A stretch of DNA of 64,000 bases from an uncultured bacterium (GTDB lineage: Bacteria > JAGOEH01): positions 12,850 to 76,849 of the forward strand of contig CAZWDO010000009.1 of assembly GCA_964632485.1 (NCBI GenBank). Direction: 5' to 3'. The notes under the pieces are model-generated. The model worked only from the letters and a program-made list of their open reading frames with translations, ran no database searches and was not told the DNA's origin. Below, piece after piece: positions 21,553 through 32,216 of this stretch (its first letter is position 1; each line of letters starts with the position of its first letter). The position numbers and the translations under genes were made by a program.

Positions 21553-22986
21553 GTGAAACCCCGAATAAAACGTGAGCCTAAACTGTGGGAAGCGCTGATT
21601 CCGGTAATATTGTTGATGGGATTGATTGGCGTGAGTGTGGTGGGAATGCAGACCAGCGCGCATATCGCTCTGGTTTTAGGTATTATGATTGCTTCGTTTG
21701 TGGGTTGGCGCCTGGGTTATTCATGGCATGAAATGGAGCAGGCTATGATTTATGGGATCAATTTAGGTTTGCAGGCTTGCTTAATATTGATGACCGTCGG
21801 GATTCTCATTGGACTCTGGATATTGGGCGGAATCGTGCCCGCGATGATCAACTATGGCCTTAAACTGATTTCTCCCAGTGTTTTTTTAGTCTCGAGCTGC
21901 ATTATTTGCTGCGTTGTATCATTGGCTACCGGAAGTTCGTGGTCCACCGCTGGAACGGTCGGATTGGCGTTAATCGGTATCGGCAAATCGCTGGGGATTT
22001 CTCTGCCAATGGTAGCCGGCGCCATTATTTCTGGCGCGTATTTTGGTGATAAAATGTCCCCCCTTTCCGATACGACAAATTTGGCGCCGGCGGCGGCAGG
22101 CACCGATCTGTTTACTCATATCCGGCATATGGTTTATACAACCGGGCCCAGTCTTGCAATCGCGCTGACGCTTTATGGCTTTTTGGATTTTCATAATAGT
22201 GCCAAAGTAGAAGCGGGTCAGGATGTTCTAATCATGCTGGAAGCGATTCAAAGGCAATTCAGCATCAGCCCCTGGTTGCTGATTCCCCCGTTGGCGGTTG
22301 TGGCGATGGTGGTGATGAGGATTCCCGCCTTGCCAGCATTGTTTGTGGGATGCTTGTTAGGAGCCATGACGGCATGGGTTTTCCAGGGAAGCAGCGTATC
22401 CGTGATTTTTTCTGCCGCGCTGGATGGATTCCGCTCACAAACAGGGACGGCGGCTGTGGATGAACTGTTGACCCGGGGGGGATTACTTTCTATGATGCCG
22501 ACCCTGGCGATGATATTCGCGGCTTTGGGATTCGGGGGCGTTATGGAAAAAACGGGATTGCTGGCCCGCATCGCCGCCTCTGTTCTTTTCTTTGCCCGCA
22601 ATGTCGGACTATTAGTTACTACCACGATTTTAACCTGTATCAGCTTTAATTTCCTTGCAGCGGAACAATATATATCCATTATCATCCCCGGGCGAATGTA
22701 TCGGGAAGCGTTCCGCCGCTATAATCTTCACCCCAAAAATCTATCCCGTTGCTTAGAAGACTCTGGAACACTGAGTTCCCCGCTGGTCCCCTGGAATACC
22801 TGCGGCGCATTCATGGCGGCGGTTTTGGGTGTCTCCCCGTGGCTTTACGCTCCCTATGCCTTTTTGAACCTGATCAATCCCATGGTTTCCATTTTTTATG
22901 GCTTTACCGGGATTACCATGGAAAAACTTCCCGAGACGAATATGGAGCCTGGAAAAGATGCAATACCAAAAATGAATATTATGTAA
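21553..22986 (+). CDS. nhaC: NhaC-family Na+/H+ antiporter (or amino-acid/organic-acid transporter)
   Basis: Multi-TM; ATGSSWSTAGTVG, SGAYFGDKMSPLSDTTNLA, LEDSGTLSSPLVPWN; AAGGAG RBS before GTG. Confidence 0.92.
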   Translation: MKPRIKREPKLWEALIPVILLMGLIGVSVVGMQTSAHIALVLGIMIASFVGWRLGYSWHEMEQAMIYGINLGLQACLILMTVGILIGLWILGGIVPAMINYGLKLISPSVFLVSSCIICCVVSLATGSSWSTAGTVGLALIGIGKSLGISLPMVAGAIISGAYFGDKMSPLSDTTNLAPAAAGTDLFTHIRHMVYTTGPSLAIALTLYGFLDFHNSAKVEAGQDVLIMLEAIQRQFSISPWLLIPPLAVVAMVVMRIPALPALFVGCLLGAMTAWVFQGSSVSVIFSAALDGFRSQTGTAAVDELLTRGGLLSMMPTLAMIFAALGFGGVMEKTGLLARIAASVLFFARNVGLLVTTTILTCISFNFLAAEQYISIIIPGRMYREAFRRYNLHPKNLSRCLEDSGTLSSPLVPWNTCGAFMAAVLGVSPWLYAPYAFLNLINPMVSIFYGFTGITMEKLPETNMEPGKDAIPKMNIM

Positions 22987-23046
22987 GTTGAAATTATGTG
23001 TTTAGGGGCGATGATTCTGTTGCTGATAGAAATCGCTATCCCGAAA

Positions 23047-26000
23047 CTACTTCAGATGCAGCATCCGGCCCCGGTAGCTCTTGCTATCCGGCGCAGTGAT
23101 ACGATAAAAATAGATACCCGCCGGCCATTCATACGTATCCAGACGGATTGTGGTCAATTGCTTTGCAGGTACCCAGCAGACTTCTCCGTAGATTTTTTTG
23201 CCTAAAACATTATAAATATCGATTTTTATTTGACCTGAATTCGGACTGTAAAATCGAATGTGTGTCACTTTATCAAAGGGGTTGGGAAAATTTGAGTCGA
23301 GAATTAAAGTTTCAGACGTTCGTTGATTATCATCTCCGATACCGATAATCTGCGCCGTAAGCGTATCGCTGATATTATGGGAGAAATCCATGGCAGCAAT
23401 TGCATAGATCGCTGTAGGATCGTACAACCCCACTGAATATTCCAGAAACATATAATTCGAAGCAAGTTCCTGATACGTACCCGCGGTTATGCGATAAAGG
23501 ATATACCCCCTCAGATCGGGAGCCGGTGATGCATTCCACCTCAATACGACCTGCTGATTGGAATCGATAGCTGCTATTAAATTGGATGGAGCTTGCGGAG
23601 GAACTATATCGATGAAATCCATTGCTTGAGTTGTGAATTCCAGTGTAGTCTGTTGCGTATGGTTCAGAAAATCGGTTGCATAAACTATTAAACCATAATC
23701 TGTTTCGGGCGTAAGGCAGGTGAGCGCAATACGTTGCGCTTTCGCGTAGGATTGATTGGAAACGAAGACCGAGTCTTCGGTTGAATTCCTGGGATAGTAA
23801 GCGCAGGATGCCGTCGCCAGGATATTGACGCTCCAGTCAATGATCGCTGTAGAATTTGAAACCCAGGTCACCGCCGGCGGGACGATAAATTCCAGTGGTT
23901 CATTTTGGATACCACTACCTAATGTGATGGAATCGATATTGCTTTCAAACATTGTTTGATTAAAACAATCAAGGCCGGTTAGCTGGTAGTAATATTGCGT
24001 GCCATTGGAAATATTATTGAAAATCAGCAGATGCTCGTCACTGTATTTATTGTGATTAAAGTAAAATGGATTTGAAAACTGTTGGCTGCGTTCAACCAAT
24101 GCTTGAGCATAGCAGGAAGCGTTGGTCGTAAAGAAAATTGCAGCGAAATTATCGGTAAAAAATGGTTGAAATGCTTCCCGCAACTTAACATTGGTGGGTG
24201 GATTTTGCATGTATGTTGTAAACTGCAGAGACCCGCTGGTAGAATCCTGGTTGTTGGCGATGTCGGAAACCGTTATGGCCAAATCATATTGAGCGCCGGG
24301 GATCAGTCGAGGAAGAAATATAGTATGCTCCTGGCTGTAAACGTCACTTTCCCACCACAGCATCAATTGACGATTTTCATTATATCCCCGGATGGAAACC
24401 TGGGTTTGCTCACTCGTAACAAACTTAATCGCTGCCAGCGAATCGTATACCGCGACCAGATTGGGGAATTCGCTGAAACGGGGCGCGTTCGTGTCAGCCA
24501 CGGTTGAGGTGGTAAACGAGTTTCCAATAGATAGAAACTGCCGTGAAGGAAGAATTTTTTCCAGCAGGCTTTTCTCCCCCTGCCAGGTCCCGCTGTTGCC
24601 GGCGCGGTCCGTTAATTCAATTTCATAGGTATAAGCTGTGTTTTCATCCAGGTTTGAAAAATATATCTGATGATCCCGGATGAAATCGGACCAGGAATAG
24701 GTATCGGCTAAAAATCCGGTTTTATATAAGTGGATAACACCGTTAGCCGCTTCATCCGTTTCAAACGTCAGCAGCGCTTTGTTGGTGATCGTCGAAATTA
24801 CGGGGCGATTGATGATAAGCGGGGGAATTGTATCTATGATCTCGAAGGTAGTAAAGTGATATACAGGTCCGTAATAAACGGGTTGACGGGTGGCATTCAG
24901 AGTGCCGACCCGATACTTGTATGTCGTCCCCGGCAACAAATCGTCGAAATAGAATAAATGGTATTGTTGTTCAATTCCGTAATAGATCGGCTCATGCTCG
25001 GTGATTGAGGATTGATAAACATTGCAAATTCCGATTAACGGCGCGTCTGTCTCATAATCAATCATCACCGAATGATCGTTCAGGTAAATGATTTCCGGTG
25101 GTCTAAGCAACTGAAATTCTTTTGGAATGAACTCAAATAAAGTGGAGAATGAATTGGTATAAGTTTCAGAAATAAACAAGTGGTAGCTATCAAAAAGCTT
25201 GACTTTATAATAATAAGCCTGGGACGGATTCAATCCGGTAAGCTGAATATGAAACGTGGAATCGGGATTCGATGTGTTGACAGCCAGGACGTTCCATTCA
25301 GTTGAAGCATATTCGTCGGCATAGTACAAAGAGCAGATACAGGTTTTGTTGGTTTTCCATTGCAGAAAGGCAGATCTATCCGTCACAAAGGAGGCAGTGG
25401 GACCTTTGGTAACGTAGATCGACGGGGTCAACGTTGTGAAAAATCCATAGCGGCGCAGCTCAGGAATTTCCTGGTGTTCCGGATTCGATACATGTATTGA
25501 ATAGACATAGACGCGGTCGGGGATTAGTGGGCCCAGTTGCGCCCGGAAATCAGTTTTAGCCTCCTGGCTATTCCCTGTCCAGGCAATGGAATCATAGCCG
25601 ATCTGGCTATAAAAAAGGGAACAGATGGCAGGTGAGCTCAATTTCCATTCAATGGCAGTCTGGTCGGAAGTCAAGGCAGATACAGTAGGCGACTGAATAT
25701 AAAAAATCTCCTGGGATGATGAGACTGTCCAGTTGATCGTCGTAGTTTGATTGGCTGATATTATGATATGCGATGGATAGATCGCAGTATCAACCATCAA
25801 GTAATAATCATCCAGGATATAGGCCGTCAGTATATACTCGCCCGGTTCCATGCCGATCAGAGAATAATAGTTAGAGTCTGAATTGACCGGATTTAGCGCC
25901 CACGAATCGCAATTTTCGCTGGTTTGCTGGAGAAGAAAAGCTGCATAATAGTTATCCAATTCCTCATAGGACCATGCAATATTCAGAGCGCCTGAATTTT

Positions 26001-26451
26001 CAAATGAAAGATTGATGCCGGTTAGATTTTGGTTTACTATCAACGTATCAAAATATTGACACGATCCCTGTAATCGATGGTTGAAATGTACCATAGCGCT
26101 CGTTCCGTCCATGGTCACTATTTGAGCAAAGAGATGGTATTCCCCGGCTGACTCAGCTTCAAGGGAAAAACTACTCATCCCCTGGAAAAGGGTTTGCATC
26201 GATTCGGAATCGTTATTCAATCCCTCCAATACGACAATGGCATAAACCCAGGGGATGCTATTTGGCGCGATCAGTTCGCCGGAAACTGTCATGACTTGCG
26301 GATTAGGGGACTTGAATTTTGGGTGGGCCGCCGTTTCCCGGAGGGTTTCCATTCGTTGCTGGATGGAATCCAGTCGAATGATGCCGGCGTTCATCGGAAC
26401 TAATTGAAATATCAGAACAAAAATTAAGCAAAAGATAAAGAACGGTCTCAT
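23047..26451 (-). CDS. Secreted protein with a tandem Fn3-like array and a T9SS/FlgD-type C-terminal domain
   Basis: Signal peptide; about 7 repeats of P-x-V...A-x-I-x-W/F-x-T...H-x-I-x-L-x-x-L-x-P-x-T-x-Y-x-Y, one canonical Fn3 (PPQAPSNL...LRWNAS...GYILYR); ends NFPNPFDKVTHIRF...IYNVLGK...AGIYFYRI...GRMLHLK. Confidence 0.85.
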   Translation of the reverse strand: MRPFFIFCLIFVLIFQLVPMNAGIIRLDSIQQRMETLRETAAHPKFKSPNPQVMTVSGELIAPNSIPWVYAIVVLEGLNNDSESMQTLFQGMSSFSLEAESAGEYHLFAQIVTMDGTSAMVHFNHRLQGSCQYFDTLIVNQNLTGINLSFENSGALNIAWSYEELDNYYAAFLLQQTSENCDSWALNPVNSDSNYYSLIGMEPGEYILTAYILDDYYLMVDTAIYPSHIIISANQTTTINWTVSSSQEIFYIQSPTVSALTSDQTAIEWKLSSPAICSLFYSQIGYDSIAWTGNSQEAKTDFRAQLGPLIPDRVYVYSIHVSNPEHQEIPELRRYGFFTTLTPSIYVTKGPTASFVTDRSAFLQWKTNKTCICSLYYADEYASTEWNVLAVNTSNPDSTFHIQLTGLNPSQAYYYKVKLFDSYHLFISETYTNSFSTLFEFIPKEFQLLRPPEIIYLNDHSVMIDYETDAPLIGICNVYQSSITEHEPIYYGIEQQYHLFYFDDLLPGTTYKYRVGTLNATRQPVYYGPVYHFTTFEIIDTIPPLIINRPVISTITNKALLTFETDEAANGVIHLYKTGFLADTYSWSDFIRDHQIYFSNLDENTAYTYEIELTDRAGNSGTWQGEKSLLEKILPSRQFLSIGNSFTTSTVADTNAPRFSEFPNLVAVYDSLAAIKFVTSEQTQVSIRGYNENRQLMLWWESDVYSQEHTIFLPRLIPGAQYDLAITVSDIANNQDSTSGSLQFTTYMQNPPTNVKLREAFQPFFTDNFAAIFFTTNASCYAQALVERSQQFSNPFYFNHNKYSDEHLLIFNNISNGTQYYYQLTGLDCFNQTMFESNIDSITLGSGIQNEPLEFIVPPAVTWVSNSTAIIDWSVNILATASCAYYPRNSTEDSVFVSNQSYAKAQRIALTCLTPETDYGLIVYATDFLNHTQQTTLEFTTQAMDFIDIVPPQAPSNLIAAIDSNQQVVLRWNASPAPDLRGYILYRITAGTYQELASNYMFLEYSVGLYDPTAIYAIAAMDFSHNISDTLTAQIIGIGDDNQRTSETLILDSNFPNPFDKVTHIRFYSPNSGQIKIDIYNVLGKKIYGEVCWVPAKQLTTIRLDTYEWPAGIYFYRITAPDSKSYRGRMLHLK

Positions 26452-26457
26452 ATTTAA

Positions 26458-26486
26458 TATATAAACGATTCACCCGTTGATGTCAA
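26458..26486 (-). promoter_or_regulatory. Sigma70-type promoter, possibly leaderless, for the Fn3 protein
   Basis: Minus strand TTGACA-N17-TATATA, then 6 nt to ATG 26451; no SD present. Confidence 0.55.
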
Positions 26487-26599
26487 TAAAAAAAAATATT
26501 TTTTTTCCTGTTAACTGACTAATTCATATTTAAATCATGCATTTAGCCCAGATTGGTATAAAATTGCGTTGAGGAGTGTGGAAAGAAGACAGCCCGGGT

Positions 26600-29500
26600 T
26601 TATTTAGTCAGTAGTTTTTTACGGACTCCTTTGATATCGTCCAGAATCGCGACAAAGGATGGAATTACGAAAAGTGTTAACAGGGTGGATATAATCATAC
26701 CGAAGAGAATTACATTAGCCAAAGGAGACCACATGAGGGATATGCCGCCGATGCCGAAAGCCATTGGTATCAAACCGGATATTGTAGTCAGAGAGGTTAA
26801 AATAATGGGACGTAAACGCAATCGGCCGGCGTTTACAATGCTGCGCCAGTATTGAAAAATGCCCATATCATTGGCTCGTCGGTGGTTCATGAAATCGATC
26901 AGGACGATGGCGTCATTCACCACGATTCCGGAAAGCGCGACCACTCCAAAAAGCGCCACAACACTAAAGGGGTTCCCGGATATGATCAAACCCAGCATGG
27001 CGCCGATGAGTGAAAAGGGAACGGTGGATAATATGATCAAAGGTTGCGAATAGGAATTGAACTGTGTGCCGAGGATTAAGAAGATCAGTATCACACCCAA
27101 TGCAAAGAGTACCGCCATTTCCTTAAAAGTGTCCACGAATTCCTCGAATTGGCCGCCGATTTTGAACGTGATTCCCGGATATTTTTTTTCTAAAAGGGGA
27201 AATATTTTCTCTAAGCGCAGATTGACTTTATCCAGTGTGGTTTGGTTTTCATCGATATCCCCGGTGACTAAAATTGTCCGTTTACGATCGAAACGTTTAA
27301 TTTCGGTAGGTCCGGGTAGAATTGTGAAGGTGACCATATCCCGGAGCGCAACACTCTGTCCGGCAGGGCTGCTCAATTTAAGATTGAGCACGTCTTCCAG
27401 TGAGGAACGATTCGTTTGGTTATATTTGACAATCACATCGATTTCATCATCGCCATCGCGGTATTCAGTGGCTTTGATCCCATCAAAGGCGTAGCGCACA
27501 GCCAAAGCGATACGTTGCGCTGAAAAACCCAGCATAGCGGCTTTATTTTCATCCACCTGGATGCGAATCTCTTCTTTACCCGGGGGAAAATCATCAGTGA
27601 CCGATTGCGTACCTATTAATTCTTTGATCGAATCCTGCAGGGCCAATGACGCTTTTTTCATTTCTTCGAAATATTTCCCCTGTACCTTAACGGAAATGGG
27701 TTTGCCTACTGGCGGTCCACCCGCTATTTTTTCAAACTCCACCGATACCACGCCACTAATGCCCTGGGTTTTAGCGCGCAACATTTCAATCAGGGCGTCG
27801 ATGGGATGCTCGCGTTGTTCTTGCGGAATCAGTTCAATAAGCAACTGACCGACGTTTTTTTTGGTAATCCATTCTTCATTGCCTTGCAGCAAACCGACAT
27901 TGACGATCACAGACTGAACAGAGGAGCGGGGCAGGGAGATTGCTGCTTCCTCATATTTCCGCAGGATACGGTCGCTTTCTTCTAAACTGGCGCCCTCGGG
28001 TAAGCGGATCAGTACCTTGAACTGGTCGGCATCTTCTTCGCCAAACATTTCTACGCCCACCATCGGGATCAAGGCCAGCGACCCAATTAAGACCAGGAGC
28101 AAGACCGGCAACAACAGATACCGTTTTCGGATCACTTTTATCAAAAGATGCCCATAGAATTTGCGCATGACTTTAAAAAATTTTTTTTCACCCCGTTTAT
28201 AGACTTTGGAATGTACGGTCCAGTCAGCGTAGTGTGAGGGTAATAGCAGATAGGCCTCGAACATGGAGGCTAATAAAGCTAATGAATAGGTAATCGGAAC
28301 AATCCTCATAAATTTTCCCATTATACCCGGCAACAGCATTAAGGGTAGAAACGCAGCGATATTCGTGGCGATCGAGGAAAAAATCGGCGCTACGACTTCA
28401 TCTGAGCCAGTAATGGCGGCCTGATAAGAATTGTATCCCATTAATCGATAGCGGTGGCAGTTTTCCAAAACAATAATCGCGTCATCGACAATAATGCCGA
28501 GGACCATTACGAGAGCGAATAGAGTGGAACCATTGAAGGTAAAGCCGAAGAAATCCAGGAGTATGAATGTAATGAAAAAGGAGATTGGAATACCCAATGA
28601 AGCCAGCGCCGCATTGCTTTTGCCTAAAAACAGGTACAAAATCAACATGATCAGGATCATCCCGCTGATCGCATTATTGCGTAATACATTGACAATGCGG
28701 TTGATATAAACGGCGTTGTCGTTGGTCCATCCGAATGTGATCCCGTCGGGAACCCGGTTTTGATACTCTTTAACCAGGGATTTAATCGTGTTGATCACAT
28801 CAATGGAATTGGCATCGCTTTTTTTTGATATGGAAAAGGTGATCGATTTCTTTCTATCCATGCGGGAGATGATGTTCAGCTCTTCCCTGCGGTCTTCTAC
28901 CCGGGCGATATCCCGGATTTGGATCGGAAGTTTATTGGGTCCGCATCGGATAATACTCTGCCTGATTTCTTCGATAGATTGGTATTCTCCCAGAGATCGA
29001 ATCAGGTATTCAGTTTTTCCGAAAGTGAGGTTGCCTCCCGGAACATTTAAGTTGCGGGCGCTGAGAGCGAACATCACATCTTCAATGGAAAGTCCATAAG
29101 CGCTCAATTTCGCGGGTTCGACCTCGATCCAGATTTCACGTTGGGCCAGGCCGGAAACCTGTACTTTTGACACTCCTTTGATATCCGTCAAATCCTCTTC
29201 CAAATCGTCCGCGATTTGACTGGCGTTATCGTCGGGTATGCTGTAAGACATGTTGATGGTAATAACCGGCAAGAAATCGCCGCTGCCGAAATCGTCTATA
29301 ATCGGATCTTCGGCATCCTCGGGGAGTGGCACTTTATCAATTTCAGCTTTGAGATCGGTGTACCGTTCCCGGAATTCACTATCGGAAATATCGCCGAACT
29401 TTATTAAAAGGAAACCGAATCCCTCTCCGGCAGTAGATTGGGTTTCAGTGATTTTATCCACATCCTGGATTTCCGATTCGATGGGATCGATAATCAGGTT

Positions 29501-29680
29501 TTCGATTTCACTGGGAGCGGCGCCCGGATAGACAACGGTGACAAAAACCCAGTTGAAATTCACGTTGGGATTTAATTCGCGCGGCATACGAAACATTGAG
29601 ATTATGCCGAATATGAAAAGTCCGATCATCAATAGATTGACGAGAACAGAGTTTTTGACTGAAAATTTGGCCATGGACAT
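26600..29680 (-). CDS. RND efflux transporter permease (AcrB/CusA superfamily)
   Basis: 1026 aa, two TM bundles with two large periplasmic loops; GIIVDDAIIVLEN and GIVVNDAIVLID, RLRPIILTSLTT. Confidence 0.95.
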   Translation of the reverse strand: MSMAKFSVKNSVLVNLLMIGLFIFGIISMFRMPRELNPNVNFNWVFVTVVYPGAAPSEIENLIIDPIESEIQDVDKITETQSTAGEGFGFLLIKFGDISDSEFRERYTDLKAEIDKVPLPEDAEDPIIDDFGSGDFLPVITINMSYSIPDDNASQIADDLEEDLTDIKGVSKVQVSGLAQREIWIEVEPAKLSAYGLSIEDVMFALSARNLNVPGGNLTFGKTEYLIRSLGEYQSIEEIRQSIIRCGPNKLPIQIRDIARVEDRREELNIISRMDRKKSITFSISKKSDANSIDVINTIKSLVKEYQNRVPDGITFGWTNDNAVYINRIVNVLRNNAISGMILIMLILYLFLGKSNAALASLGIPISFFITFILLDFFGFTFNGSTLFALVMVLGIIVDDAIIVLENCHRYRLMGYNSYQAAITGSDEVVAPIFSSIATNIAAFLPLMLLPGIMGKFMRIVPITYSLALLASMFEAYLLLPSHYADWTVHSKVYKRGEKKFFKVMRKFYGHLLIKVIRKRYLLLPVLLLVLIGSLALIPMVGVEMFGEEDADQFKVLIRLPEGASLEESDRILRKYEEAAISLPRSSVQSVIVNVGLLQGNEEWITKKNVGQLLIELIPQEQREHPIDALIEMLRAKTQGISGVVSVEFEKIAGGPPVGKPISVKVQGKYFEEMKKASLALQDSIKELIGTQSVTDDFPPGKEEIRIQVDENKAAMLGFSAQRIALAVRYAFDGIKATEYRDGDDEIDVIVKYNQTNRSSLEDVLNLKLSSPAGQSVALRDMVTFTILPGPTEIKRFDRKRTILVTGDIDENQTTLDKVNLRLEKIFPLLEKKYPGITFKIGGQFEEFVDTFKEMAVLFALGVILIFLILGTQFNSYSQPLIILSTVPFSLIGAMLGLIISGNPFSVVALFGVVALSGIVVNDAIVLIDFMNHRRANDMGIFQYWRSIVNAGRLRLRPIILTSLTTISGLIPMAFGIGGISLMWSPLANVILFGMIISTLLTLFVIPSFVAILDDIKGVRKKLLTK

Positions 29681-29706
29681 TGTCTGTATTCTCCTTTCGG
29701 AACCGC

Positions 29707-30828
29707 TCAGCGGATCGATTCGATGGTGATCGGGGTTTTTTCACCTAAATTATTCATGCCTGTGACCACAATCGTATCGCCAAAAGTAAGTCCTTCTTTC
29801 ACGATCATCTGCCCGTTCAAAATTTCTCCAGTTTTTATTTCCCGCAGGTTGGCATATCCCTGGCTTAAACAGTAAACACAAAGTTTTTCGTCTTTGCGGA
29901 CGGTGGCATGATCGGGGATGACTACCTGATTCTCTACCGAAGTGAGAATCAAACGTATTGAGGCCGTCATTCCGGCCTTAATCGGATATCCATGGTCGTT
30001 AGGCGCATGAATTTCCACTGCAAATGAACCACTGACTTCATCGGCTTGAGGGGAAATATGCTTAACAATTCCATTGAAGGCGCGATTTTCAAGGGCGGCA
30101 ATGGTGATCCGCGCGTAATCATCAATGTGTATCCGGTTTCTAAACGTTTGAGAAACGCCGGCTTGAATTTTAAGTACCGATAGATCGACAATGCGATAAA
30201 CCATCATTCCCGGATTAACCATCGTTCCCAGATCGATGCTTTTACGAGAAATCAAGCCAGTGATTTGCGAAACAAAACGCGTATCGCGATAACTTTTTTC
30301 AGCCATTACCAGGGCGGCTTCAGCGGCGATGAGTCCGGCTTCAGCGTTTTGTACCGCCAGGAGTGAGTTGTCTTTAGCTAATCCGGATATATCGCCATTT
30401 TTATACAGGGTTTCATCGCTTTTATAATTGCTTTGGGCTATTGCCAAATTGGTTTTAGCCGTAATTACATGGGCTTGCGCCTGCCGATACTGGGCAAAAT
30501 AAACCCGGTCATCGATTCTGGCCAATGTATCCCCGGATATAATCGGATCTCCGAGTTCTTTGCCGATGTTTACGATTTTGCCGGATACTTCGGAAATAAT
30601 ATCGACTTCATGGATCGGTTGCGCCACACCTGTAAGAGGAATTTCCAGATTGGCGTTTTGGGGTTGCAATACCAGGGCTTCTACGGGTACTTTTTGTAGA
30701 TTTTCCGTTCCTTCTGCCATCGTACCTTTAGGTATCGTTGAGGTTTCATCCTGCTTTTGCCCACAACTGAAAATGATAATGGAAATTACGCAAACCCAGA
30801 TAAAACACGTAAAAAATCTTATGCGCAT
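29707..30828 (-). CDS. RND periplasmic adaptor (membrane fusion) lipoprotein
   Basis: Lipobox IIFS-C, VSGKIV lipoyl half, alpha-hairpin, LKAGMTA-like IKAGMTA, GDTIVVTG. Confidence 0.93.
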   Translation of the reverse strand: MRIRFFTCFIWVCVISIIIFSCGQKQDETSTIPKGTMAEGTENLQKVPVEALVLQPQNANLEIPLTGVAQPIHEVDIISEVSGKIVNIGKELGDPIISGDTLARIDDRVYFAQYRQAQAHVITAKTNLAIAQSNYKSDETLYKNGDISGLAKDNSLLAVQNAEAGLIAAEAALVMAEKSYRDTRFVSQITGLISRKSIDLGTMVNPGMMVYRIVDLSVLKIQAGVSQTFRNRIHIDDYARITIAALENRAFNGIVKHISPQADEVSGSFAVEIHAPNDHGYPIKAGMTASIRLILTSVENQVVIPDHATVRKDEKLCVYCLSQGYANLREIKTGEILNGQMIVKEGLTFGDTIVVTGMNNLGEKTPITIESIR

Positions 30829-30842
30829 AGGTATCTCCCGTT

Positions 30843-32216
30843 TTAATCGATAATGATGGTGAGTCGGCCCAACAAATAGTGTAATTCGACGACCGCAGCA
30901 ATCAGGTCATAGTGGGTATAAATTTCTTCCAGAGCGTTATTTTGGCAATTCAACTTGGCATCAATCAGTTCAATATTGGACAACAAATTTTGTTCCCATT
31001 GATGTTCGACGATCCGGTAGTTTTGATCGCTGAGTTCCCGGTTAGTCAGAGCTAATTCGTTGCGATATCGCAAGGTAAGTATTCGGTTCACCGTTTCGGT
31101 CAGCAGATAGCGGGTTTGTTTAATTTGATCCAAAAAATCAGCTTCACTTATTTTATACTCATAATATGAGGATTTCAATGCGGCGTAATCCTGAAAACTA
31201 TTAAAAATTGGGAATGTCAGGTTTAGCATCAGAGTTTTTGGGGAATAATCATCCAGAGCTATGGTATTGTTCTCCCGCCATCCGTGCGAATATGAAAGGT
31301 TGATTTCAGGGAAGAAGGAGCTGTAACCGTTGCGGTAAAGCCATTTATAGATATCTGTTCCGGCATGGGCAGCTCTCAGTGCCGCATTGTGTTTGATCAG
31401 TTCCTCGTCGTTGAGTTGAATCATCGCAAGAATATCTGATTCTGTTTGAACACAAACCCGATGGGTCTCCTGTTCCAGCCATTGTGGCAGCGCTTCATCA
31501 ATGTTGATAGTGATCTCTTCATTCAGATTCAATAAACGTCTGATCATGGTTTCAGCGCTGCGAAGCGCGGCTCTCGAAGTTTCAACGGCGCTTTTTTGCT
31601 GCTGCGCTTCCAGTTTCCAGCGCAATATATCGCTTTTAGCATAAATATCCGCCTGGTAGATTCGTTCCGCTTTTTGATAGTTGCGTTCGGATAAATCCAG
31701 GAATTGAGATTGCAATTGAGCTGTTTTTTGGGCTTTAAGCAGATTCAAGTAACTGCTGATCACCTGGAAAATGATCAGGTTATGAACAGACTCGTTTTGA
31801 TCATCGGCCATTGTCAGATTGGCGCGTGAGATCATCAGTCCATTCCATACTCCGGTATTGAATAGAGTAAGCGAGAGGTCAAAGGAAGAGGACCAGGATT
31901 TCTGGAATACAGTTTGCGGCATTTGCCCGGCCAGTTCTGGCGGCAAGTAACGACGAAAATCCCGTTCAGCAAAAGATTGGTCGTCGATGCGCATAAAGCG
32001 GGTATTGAAACTGATTTTGGGAAAAAGTTGGGTCCAGGCCCGGCGTTTATCCCATTGAGCCTTTTTAAGCGAAAAACGGCTGGAGAGTAATTGCGGATTA
32101 CGGTTTAAGGCCCGCGCGATGGAGGTTTTCAGAGTCAGATGAATACTATCGGCGGGTTGGGCAATGACAAAGACTGGCAGAAGAAAGAGAATAATTATGG
32201 CCAGTTTTGAATTCAT
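30843..32216 (-). CDS. TolC-family outer-membrane channel
   Basis: Signal peptide, LTLKTSIARALNRNPQL, FPKISF / FPEINL repeats, IELIDAKL; AAGGAG RBS favours ATG 32216. Confidence 0.9.
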   Translation of the reverse strand: MNSKLAIIILFLLPVFVIAQPADSIHLTLKTSIARALNRNPQLLSSRFSLKKAQWDKRRAWTQLFPKISFNTRFMRIDDQSFAERDFRRYLPPELAGQMPQTVFQKSWSSSFDLSLTLFNTGVWNGLMISRANLTMADDQNESVHNLIIFQVISSYLNLLKAQKTAQLQSQFLDLSERNYQKAERIYQADIYAKSDILRWKLEAQQQKSAVETSRAALRSAETMIRRLLNLNEEITINIDEALPQWLEQETHRVCVQTESDILAMIQLNDEELIKHNAALRAAHAGTDIYKWLYRNGYSSFFPEINLSYSHGWRENNTIALDDYSPKTLMLNLTFPIFNSFQDYAALKSSYYEYKISEADFLDQIKQTRYLLTETVNRILTLRYRNELALTNRELSDQNYRIVEHQWEQNLLSNIELIDAKLNCQNNALEEIYTHYDLIAAVVELHYLLGRLTIIID

